A stretch of DNA of 64,000 nucleotides, from positions 4,512,001-4,576,000 of the forward strand of contig OZ242010.1 of assembly GCA_965204745.1 (NCBI GenBank), read 5' to 3'. Source of the DNA: Candidatus Latescibacterota bacterium. Its GTDB lineage: Bacteria > Latescibacterota > UBA2968. Made by a program: the position numbers and the translations under genes. The notes below the pieces were generated by a model. It saw only the letters and a program-made list of their open reading frames with translations. It searched no databases and was not told the origin of the DNA. This document shows positions 40,029 through 48,467 of the stretch, piece after piece (the stretch's first letter is position 1; each line of letters starts with the position of its first letter).

Positions 40029-41714
40029 ATGCCCATTACCTCGATCACCATTGAAAACTTCAAGGGCATTGGCGAGAAAGCCGTGACCATTCCCATTCGC
40101 CCCATCACCTTGCTGTTCGGCAAAAACAGCTCGGGCAAATCCACTGTGTTGCAGGCCCTGCGCTATTTTTCCGCAGTTATGATGAACCAATGGCCCAATT
40201 TAGGCCGCATAAAAATGAGTGGCGGTTTGAATACAGACTTGAACGATTTTCATTCCCTGGTGCATCGCCATGAGTTGGACCGGAAAATTCGCATTCGTGT
40301 CCATACACAAATTTATCCTTTGCCTTTGAAGCAATGGTATGAAGTGGTAACGGGATGGGTAAAAGGAGACGGAGGATACCATGACTGCGAGTCAATCTCA
40401 CTGGGACATATCTTAGAAACAGGCGAAGAAATATGTTTGAGTTTTCGAAAAAAAAAAGAAAAATTCGCCGATGCAGTGATTGGCTCGAATGGCGAAAAAC
40501 TGATTTTTTGTAAAAAACTAAAAATTGAGGATGAGGATATCGTAGGACAAATATATGTGAATACGACTGATCTTTCTAATCAGGCTAAGAAGCTCATAGA
40601 TTTTCAGCATGATCTATTCCATAAACTATTCCATGAATCTCTTAACCCGAAAGAATTAAAAATAAAAAAATTAACTGATAAAGTTTTTGGCCAAGGACTC
40701 GCTGGACTTGGATCAAATATGCGCCATTTAGGTCCATTCCGAGAAGTGCCTCCTCGCGAGTATGAGATACCCCAAACACCCGACGAATCGCAATGGCAAA
40801 CAGGATTGGGCGCCTGGGATGCCCTCGCACGAGACCCCAAATTGGTCGAAAAAACAAACCACTATCTGAAAGAGGTTTTGAAACTTGGATATACCATCAA
40901 GCAACCGGAACCCGGTCAACACTTTCAACTTCACGATGAAAACAATGAGATAGACGTCGGCCTATCAGATGTCGGTGTTGGCATTGCCCAGGTCATTCCC
41001 GTTGTGGTGGGGGCATTAGATGATAGCCCGAACACTTTTGCGGTTGAACAGCCAGAACTCCATGTTCATCCCGCTGTGCAAGTGGCTTTGGGCGATGTGT
41101 TCATTGACAGCGTAAAACATCGCGAGCAGGCTCGCGAGCAGGCTATTGCAGAGTTCTCGCAGAAGATAGAAAATGCTCTTGAGATCAAAGAACGCATTGA
41201 AAATCTTGAAGAGTCCAAAAGACCTAAGTTTTTTGAGTTGAAAAAAGAAAAACTCAAGATCGATGAATACAATGAGACTTTAGAGTTCATTGAGTTCATG
41301 GAGTCGATACAGGAAAATGGAGAAGGACAAGCTGAATGCGGCGTTCAAGCCGGTTTTGAGTTTATTGAGTTGATACAAGAAAACCCTAAAATCATTGAAA
41401 ACCCTAAGTTTTTAGAGTTCTTTAATGCGATACAAAAAAGCAATTACACCATACTTATTGAAACTCATTCTGAACACTTGTTGTTGCGATTGTTGCGACG
41501 TGTGCGCGAGACAATGCGGCGGCGACGCAGGGCAGAGACAGCGGAATCAGAACAGCCGTGCTACGAATTGACACCTGATGATCTATCAGTGATCTATGTC
41601 CGGCCAACACCGACAGGGATTAAGTTCACCCCTATCAATGTAACGGAAGATGGCGACTTTGATGCACCTTGGCCCGAAGGCTTTTTTGAAGAACGCGATT
41701 CGGAGTGGTATTGA
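40029..41714 (+). CDS. ABC/AAA_21-type ATPase with DUF3696-like tail (copy 1)
   Basis: IENFKGI, GKNSSGKS Walker A, DVGVG signature, VEQPELHVHP, ETHSEH and WPEGFF. Confidence 0.88.
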   Translation: MPITSITIENFKGIGEKAVTIPIRPITLLFGKNSSGKSTVLQALRYFSAVMMNQWPNLGRIKMSGGLNTDLNDFHSLVHRHELDRKIRIRVHTQIYPLPLKQWYEVVTGWVKGDGGYHDCESISLGHILETGEEICLSFRKKKEKFADAVIGSNGEKLIFCKKLKIEDEDIVGQIYVNTTDLSNQAKKLIDFQHDLFHKLFHESLNPKELKIKKLTDKVFGQGLAGLGSNMRHLGPFREVPPREYEIPQTPDESQWQTGLGAWDALARDPKLVEKTNHYLKEVLKLGYTIKQPEPGQHFQLHDENNEIDVGLSDVGVGIAQVIPVVVGALDDSPNTFAVEQPELHVHPAVQVALGDVFIDSVKHREQAREQAIAEFSQKIENALEIKERIENLEESKRPKFFELKKEKLKIDEYNETLEFIEFMESIQENGEGQAECGVQAGFEFIELIQENPKIIENPKFLEFFNAIQKSNYTILIETHSEHLLLRLLRRVRETMRRRRRAETAESEQPCYELTPDDLSVIYVRPTPTGIKFTPINVTEDGDFDAPWPEGFFEERDSEWY

Positions 41715-41716
41715 TT

Positions 41717-42688
41717 ATGCTGAAAATTTTTGCTATTGATCCCAAAATCTGTGGAAATCTGGATTGGTTTAAATACTGTACAGAGCACTGCCGGCCATCA
41801 CAAGGGCGCGTGATGGTCGATTTGCCGTACGGTCAGTGGTACCGAAATGCGGAACAGATCATTGACCAACTCGCTCAAGACCGTCAACTCCCTCCCATAA
41901 AAGAACGCGGCTTAAAAGCACGTCTGAAGATGGTGAAAGACCAACTGGTAGATAGACCAAGATCTGGTTGGACGAATTGGTATGATGATGATTTCTCACG
42001 GTTTTCTTGGCTTATCGAAACGAGGAAAGAGCACCAGCGAGAGCCGTTTTCCCTTGTCGTCAGTCCTGACTGCGATGGTGTTGATGATGTTAGGCAAGAG
42101 TATCATCCCGATGAACTCGATAGAACTGTACGCGATTGGAATACGCCCAGTGGCGTTTCAATTACGCGCAGTCCTGGAGAATTTGTAACTGCCATTCTGC
42201 CAATGCTTCGCCTTGCTACGACTATTCACTTTTTAGATCGGTATTTTAGCGTAGATACTAACAGTTCTTATACCCAAAATTACAAACGTATTATCGAGGA
42301 GTTAGCCTCGTATTGTGATTCATTTCCATCCCTGACAATCCATTGTTGCCCGGACGCTATGCCTGACCAAACTTACTTTGAAAATGAACTGCACGAGCAC
42401 TACGCCCCCTCAATACCAAAAGGAAAGTCTGTGGCGGTTTTCTTGTGGCAGACAAATGGAAACCCAAAAAGAGGTACTCATCCTTTTCACAATCGCTTTG
42501 TGTTATCTAATCATTGCGGCGTCAGTGTGGGATATGGCACAGATAGTGCAAAGCAAAAGACTCAGGCACCAGACCTCCTCCAGATTATCGACCATGAAAT
42601 ATATCTGAACTTGTGGAATCAAATTCGGGACGAGACATTTCCCATGCTCGATATTGAACGCGAGTTTGAGATTACGGGGATCGCGTGA
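41717..42688 (+). CDS. Hypothetical protein with PLD-like/MIT_C-like C-terminal domain (partner 1)
   Basis: FLDRYF...FHNRFVLS...GVSVGYGTD; starts 2 nt after the ATPase stop. Confidence 0.7.
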   Translation: MLKIFAIDPKICGNLDWFKYCTEHCRPSQGRVMVDLPYGQWYRNAEQIIDQLAQDRQLPPIKERGLKARLKMVKDQLVDRPRSGWTNWYDDDFSRFSWLIETRKEHQREPFSLVVSPDCDGVDDVRQEYHPDELDRTVRDWNTPSGVSITRSPGEFVTAILPMLRLATTIHFLDRYFSVDTNSSYTQNYKRIIEELASYCDSFPSLTIHCCPDAMPDQTYFENELHEHYAPSIPKGKSVAVFLWQTNGNPKRGTHPFHNRFVLSNHCGVSVGYGTDSAKQKTQAPDLLQIIDHEIYLNLWNQIRDETFPMLDIEREFEITGIA

Positions 42689-42889
42689 CTAGCGGTGTAT
42701 CCTGCGTACCATAAAATTGAAACTTACAGCAGATCGCAATAGACAACTGGTCGTGTCCCAAAAATTTCTTGACAACCCTGTACATTATTTTTTAGTGTGT
42801 TTTCATCTTGACCCGTTCCAACCGAGTCAGTATCAAACGCAAGCGTTCATCCCGATCCGAACTTTTTAATTTTTTGAGAGGAATCGATC

Positions 42890-44536
42890 ATGCCCATTAC
42901 CTCAATCACCATTGAAAACTTCAAGGGCATTGGCGAGAAAGCCGTGACCATTCCCATTCGCCCCATCACCTTGCTGTTCGGCAAAAACAGCGCGGGCAAA
43001 TCCACTGTGTTGCAGGCCCTGCGCTATTTTTCCGCAGTTATGAACCAATGGCCCAATTTAGGCCGCATAGAAATGAGTGGCGGTTTGAATACAGACTTTT
43101 TTCATTCCCTGGTGCATCGCCATGAGTTGGACCGGAAAATTCGCATTCGTGTCCATACACAAATTTATCCTTTGCCTTTGAAGCAATGGTATGAAGTGGT
43201 AACGGGATGGGTAAAAGGAGACGGAGGATACCATGACTGCGAGTCAATCTCACTGGGACATATCTTAGAAACAGGCGAAGAAATATGTTTGAGTTTTCGG
43301 AAAAAAAAAGAAAAATTCGCCGATGCAGTGATTGGCTCGAAGGGCGAAAAACTGATTTTTTGGAAAAAACTAAAAATTGGGGATGAGGATATCGTAGGAC
43401 AAATATATGTGAATACGACTGATCTTTCTAATCAGGCTAAGAAGCTCATAGATTTTCAGCATGATCTATTCCATAAACTATTCCATGAATCTCTTAACCC
43501 GAAAGAATTAAAAATAAAAAAATTAACTGATAAAGTTTTTGGCCAAGGACTCGCTGGACTTGGATCAAATATGCGCCATTTAGGTCCATTCCGAGAAGTG
43601 CCTCCTCGCGAGTATGAGATACCCCAAACACCCGATGAATCGCACTGGCAAAAAGGATTGGGCGCCTGGGATACCCTCGCACGAGACCCCAAATTGGTCG
43701 AAAAAACAAACCACTATCTGAAAGAGGTTTTGCAACTTGGATATACCATCAAACAACCAGAACCCGGTCAACACTTTCAACTTCACGATGAAAACAATGA
43801 GATAGACGTCGGCCTATCAGATGTCGGTGTTGGCATTGCCCAGGTCATTCCCGTTGTGGTGGGGGCATTAGATGATAGCCCGAACACTTTTGCGGTTGAA
43901 CAGCCAGAACTCCATGTTCATCCCGCTGTGCAAGTGGCTTTGGGTGACTTGTTCATTGACAGCGTAAAGCATCGCGAGCAGGCTATTGCAGAGTTCTTGC
44001 AGAAGATAGAAATTGATCTTGAGATCAAAGAACGCATTGAAAATCTTGAAGAGTCCAAAAGACCTAAGTTTTTTGAGTTGGAAAAAGAAAAACTCAAGAT
44101 CGATGAATTCAATAAATTCATTGAGACTTTAGAGTTCATTGAATTCATAGAGTCGATACAAGAAAACGGAGAAGGACAAACTGAATGCGGCGTTCAAGCC
44201 GGTTTTGAGTTTATTGAGTTGATACAAGAAAACCCTAAAATCATTGAAAACCCTAAGTTTTTAGAGTTCTTTAATGCGATAAAAAAAAGCAATCGCACCA
44301 TGCTCATTGAAACGCATTCTGAACACTTGTTGTTGCGATTGTTGCGACGTGTGCGCGAGACAACAGAGGGAGAGCAGACAGAGCACCCATTGACGCCCGA
44401 TGATTTGTCAGTGATCTATGTTCGATCAACGCCAGAAGGAGTTGAGTTCATCCCAATCAGCGTGACGGAAGATGGCGATTTTGAGGTCCTTTGGCCCGAA
44501 GGCTTCTTCGACGAGCGCGTGGAGGAGCTTTTCTAA
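42890..44536 (+). CDS. ABC/AAA_21-type ATPase with DUF3696-like tail (copy 2)
   Basis: Same motifs as copy 1; near-identical DNA up to RRVRET. Confidence 0.88.
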   Translation: MPITSITIENFKGIGEKAVTIPIRPITLLFGKNSAGKSTVLQALRYFSAVMNQWPNLGRIEMSGGLNTDFFHSLVHRHELDRKIRIRVHTQIYPLPLKQWYEVVTGWVKGDGGYHDCESISLGHILETGEEICLSFRKKKEKFADAVIGSKGEKLIFWKKLKIGDEDIVGQIYVNTTDLSNQAKKLIDFQHDLFHKLFHESLNPKELKIKKLTDKVFGQGLAGLGSNMRHLGPFREVPPREYEIPQTPDESHWQKGLGAWDTLARDPKLVEKTNHYLKEVLQLGYTIKQPEPGQHFQLHDENNEIDVGLSDVGVGIAQVIPVVVGALDDSPNTFAVEQPELHVHPAVQVALGDLFIDSVKHREQAIAEFLQKIEIDLEIKERIENLEESKRPKFFELEKEKLKIDEFNKFIETLEFIEFIESIQENGEGQTECGVQAGFEFIELIQENPKIIENPKFLEFFNAIKKSNRTMLIETHSEHLLLRLLRRVRETTEGEQTEHPLTPDDLSVIYVRSTPEGVEFIPISVTEDGDFEVLWPEGFFDERVEELF

Positions 44537-44538
44537 CG

Positions 44539-45489
44539 ATGATACATGAATATGCCTTAGAACCCGAACTCGTCGCAAGTTGGCACAACCGTTCAGACTC
44601 CAGATTCTTCATCGAACACTTCGGTTTTAATCAGACTGGCGACGCAACAGGCCGCGTGGTGGCTCAATATCCCAAGAAGTGGGAAAAACGAGTTTGGGAT
44701 GCGTTCTCTGCAAACTCTGGACAATCTACAAGATCCTTTGAGACCCGAAGACGTATTGAGACATTGTTGCGCGAGTTAAAGAAAACTCTTATCCGCCGCC
44801 CTAATATCAGTTGGGACGATCAACGCACTTGGCTCGAAAATGCCGAACAGGAGAATACGCGCCATCCATTTCATGCAATCTTGGCCTGCGACAATCCTCG
44901 CAACAAACCCAATGTCGTGCGTGGAGACGACGTACTAGATGATACTCCTCCTCTCTGGCGCGTGCGTCCTGCAATCCCAGTAGAGAGGCAGGCGATGAAG
45001 ATGGCAAATCACCTTGAACCAATGTTGCGCTGTGCAACGAAAATTTTTTTTGTCGATCCATATTTTCGTGCGTTAGAACCGAGATTCCAAAATCCTTTAC
45101 GAGAATTTCTACGCATCATTTGTGATGGCAGTCGCCCTGTTACGCTTGAATACCACACGGCCTGTTACGACAATGCACCGGCTTGGGATCATTTTCAACA
45201 GGAATGCCAAGATGCGCTTCCGGATATCATCCCCCGAGGTTTCGAACTCACCGTCCGCCGTTGGGAGGAACGGCCTCGCGGCGAGCGGCTTCACAACCGC
45301 TATATTCTCACTGACGTCGGCGGCGTACAGTTCCCACATGGACTCGACGAAGGCACTGGTACAGACGATATTTCCCGGCTAAGCAGAGAAATTTATCGGA
45401 AACGGTGTAATGATTACGGTCATTCCGGTTTCAATCCTGCATTTGATCTGGAGGGAGACATCGTCATCACAGGTAGATCTAGACCTTGA
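44539..45489 (+). CDS. Hypothetical protein with PLD-like/MIT_C-like C-terminal domain (partner 2)
   Basis: FVDPYF...LHNRYILTD.GGVQFPHGLD; GGAGGAG RBS; ATG 2 nt after the ATPase stop. Confidence 0.72.
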   Translation: MIHEYALEPELVASWHNRSDSRFFIEHFGFNQTGDATGRVVAQYPKKWEKRVWDAFSANSGQSTRSFETRRRIETLLRELKKTLIRRPNISWDDQRTWLENAEQENTRHPFHAILACDNPRNKPNVVRGDDVLDDTPPLWRVRPAIPVERQAMKMANHLEPMLRCATKIFFVDPYFRALEPRFQNPLREFLRIICDGSRPVTLEYHTACYDNAPAWDHFQQECQDALPDIIPRGFELTVRRWEERPRGERLHNRYILTDVGGVQFPHGLDEGTGTDDISRLSREIYRKRCNDYGHSGFNPAFDLEGDIVITGRSRP

Positions 45490-45534
45490 TCGTCACATAC
45501 GTATGATCAACAGCGTATCATAGGAGGAATTGCA

Positions 45535-45846
45535 ATGGGCATCTTTCGCAGAGGGCGGCCTAGCCGACAGGCCCCACCCAATAAACCTGGTCTCTATCGG
45601 TTCAGAAACCGAAAGACTGGCGAGATCGATTATATCGGCGAGACCGCGAATTTGGCGCGCAGGATCTTTGAGCATTTTCGGTCATCCAAACCCGTATCCC
45701 CAAAAACCCACCACGCCGAATGGCAGAGGGCGGATGGTCGAAGCACATCTAAAACCCGCCGAGCGCATGAGCGCGCTAAAATCAACCAGCACAAGCCGAG
45801 ACAGAACAAGCGCGATGGGGGTGGTGGGCGAAGGGCAAGGCGGTGA
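45535..45846 (+). CDS. Small GIY-YIG nuclease
   Basis: PGLYRF...YIGET.NL.RR..EH...E...I...KP..N; AGGAGG RBS. Confidence 0.85.
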   Translation: MGIFRRGRPSRQAPPNKPGLYRFRNRKTGEIDYIGETANLARRIFEHFRSSKPVSPKTHHAEWQRADGRSTSKTRRAHERAKINQHKPRQNKRDGGGGRRARR

Positions 45847-45954
45847 TCGGTGCGTGTCATCAACCAAAAATAAGACTTGTCACGAACAGCGCTCGGGCAA
45901 GTCTTATTTTGTTATACTTCTATTTCTCCTCATTTTTCAACTACGCGGAGCGGG

Positions 45955-46182
45955 GTACAACTGCGATAGCAGTTCATCGTCGGGCTTGCCTCTCACCTCT
46001 TGCCTCTCCCGTCTTGCCTTGTACAACTGCGATAGCGGTTCATCGTCGGGCTTGCCTCTCACCTCTTGCCTCTCCCGTCTTGCCTCGTACAACTGCGATA
46101 GCGGTTCATCGTCGGGCTTGCCTCTCACCTCTTGCCTCTCCCGTCTTGCCTCGTACAACTGCGATAGCGGTTCATCGTCGGG
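45955..46182. repeat. 66-bp tandem repeat, about 3.5 copies
   Basis: Units start at 45955, 46021, 46087 and 46153 and are nearly identical. Confidence 0.93.
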
Positions 46183-46338
46183 ACAAGCCCCCGTGCCTGT
46201 CCGAAGCAGTGACGGGTCGAGGTGTGCCAGTATAGGCCAACAAAATTCGTATCACCATTCACTTCAAAAGGCAAAAGCAACCACGGCTGAACGCGGATGA
46301 AACCCGATTTTGCTAACCGCTAACCACTGAAAGCACCC

Positions 46339-47872
46339 ATGAAACGAATTTTGATATGCTGGATCGGAAATACGGACTTGGACGCCGCAAAAGGAGATAA
46401 AGATGTTGGGGCCGGGCCCATTGCACAGGCATTGGAAGCGCGTGCGTTTGACGAGGTCTGTTTGATTACCGATTATCCAAAGGCCCGCGTTATGCCTTAT
46501 CTCGACTGGTTGCAAAACCGAACCGAGACCCCGCAGCGTTTGTTTTGCGAGAAACTCTCAGGCCCGACTCAATTCGGCGAGATTTACGAAGCGGCTGTGC
46601 GCGTTTGCACGGCGGCTTTGGATCGACAATCCGTTCCAATAGAACTCGCCTTTCACCTCAGCCCCGGCACCCCGGCAATGGCCGCTGTGTGGATCATTTT
46701 GGCGAAAACGCGCTTTCCCGCAGAGTTGATCGAGTCCTCAAGGGCGCATGGCGTTCAAACGGCCGCTGTGCCCTTTGATATTTCCGCAGAATTTCTGCCC
46801 GACCTCCTGCGTGAGTTAGACGCGCAACTGCGGTCGTCAAGCGAAGAACGCCCCACTAAATCCGCGAGTTTTGAAGACGTGCAGTACAGAAGTGCGGTCA
46901 TGGCGCGGTTGGTCGAAAGGGCGCGGCGCGTTGCTATGCGAAATATCCCGGTGTTGCTCGAAGGCGAATCCGGCACGGGCAAAGAACTGTTTGCCCGCGC
47001 GATTCACAAACACAGCCCGCGCAAAGACGCGCCATTTGTCCCTGTGAACTGCGGCGCGATTCCAGCCAACTTGGTGGAATCCGAACTGTTTGGACACGAG
47101 AAAGGCGCGTTCACCGGTGCCCAATCCCGGCGCAAAGGCCACTTTGAAGCAGCAAATAATGGGACGCTCTTTTTGGATGAAATTGGCGAGTTGCCCAAAG
47201 ATATGCAGGTGAGATTGTTGCGCGTGTTATATGCAGGTGAGATTGTTGCGCGTGTTAGAAGAAGGCGAGGTCGTCCGGGTTGGGTCATCCAAACCCATCT
47301 CGGTGGATGTACGCATCATTGCGGCGACGAATCGCAATCTCATTGCGGAAGTCGGCGCGGGGCGATTTCGAGAAGACCTGTTCTATCGGCTCGTGGTGGC
47401 CTATCTCGAATTGCCCCCTTTGCGCGACCGCACCGGGGATTTGGGGTTGTTGATCGACCACGCACTCGCGCTGATCAACCGGGAAAGCGAAAGCCAGCCC
47501 GGGTACAAACACAAACAAATTTCCGCAGGCGCGAAAAATCTTCTGCTCAACCACCACTGGCCGGGCAATATCCGCGAGTTGCAAAACACGCTCAGGCGTG
47601 CGATGGTGTGGGCAGATGGCGAAATCCTGACCCGAGAAGCCATTGAAGAAGCCCTTTTGCCCGAGTTTGGAAACCGCGGAGAAGGCATCCTGAACCGCCC
47701 CTTGGACGCGGGATTTAGCCTGCGCGATCTGATTGACGAAGTCGCAAAACACTATTTGTACCGCGCATTGAAGGAATCAAACACCAAAAAGGAAGCCGCC
47801 GAACTCGTGGGCTTGCCCAGCCCACAGACGTTCACCAACTGGGCAAAAAAGCACGGCGTGAAAGTAACATAA
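46339..47872 (+). pseudogene. RtcR-like (CARF-type N-terminus) sigma54-dependent activator, frameshifted by a 28-bp tandem duplication
   Basis: WIGNTD...[10 protein letters not shown]-domain, [29 protein letters not shown] and HTH; duplication at 47201-47228/47229-47256. Confidence 0.88.
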
Positions 47873-47994
47873 AAAGACTAGGTTCTGTTGACATTTAGGA
47901 GCAAAGCAACTGGCTTGAGCGGCTTATCGAGAAAATCAAGCCCTATCGCAGAATATGCTCTCGATTTGAGAAATTCGGACAGTCGCTCCTTGTC

Positions 47995-48258
47995 GGGACC
48001 TACCCCCCTGGCCCCCGTTACTCGCTTCGCTTCGTTGTAGGCTACGCCTGTGCCTGTGAGGAAGGGGGGAACTGTGAGCGGTTTTGCGAGGGGATTGATG
48101 AGGGATTTTTAATCGCTTTAGGTCCTCGCGCACCGCCATAAGAGCCACCAGAGCGAGAAGCCATCAAAGGAACTTTTCTCCCCTTTCCTCGTAGGAAAGG
48201 GGCCGGGGGATAGGTCCCCTCGCGCAACGCCATCAGAGCAACCTAAGCCATCAAAGGG
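47995..48258. repeat. Dispersed repeat family B copy
   Basis: Matches the 59055-59405 and 33510-33742 modules. Confidence 0.85.
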
Positions 48259-48467
48259 CCAAACGCCTTAAATGAGCAAGAAGCAACACAGTTGCTACAC
48301 ACCTAAAAAAACGACCATCAGATCGAATTGGCACGCGAGCATGTAGGTGCGGTTCATCAAAAAATTAGGACTTGTCGCGAACAAAGGGTTGCGAGTGTTC
48401 GGGCAAGTCTTATTTTGTTGCTATTCCGCGCTTGTTTTGCCGATTGCTAACTGCTTGGATGGCCGCG

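Noticed and set aside
45955-46182. CRISPR array (66-bp period)
   Set aside because: The would-be spacers are identical to each other and no cas genes are present; this is a plain tandem repeat
45530-46300. 256-aa ORF with repeated YNCDSGSSSGLP
   Set aside because: It is a translation of the tandem repeat and overlaps the better-supported GIY-YIG gene
48329-48345. Second functional sigma54 promoter
   Set aside because: TGGCACG is present but the -12 GC is missing at the required spacing
45849-48420. Bona fide integron
   Set aside because: No integrase is in the window and the RYYYAAC/GTTRRRY boxes are incomplete; kept only as a hairpin observation
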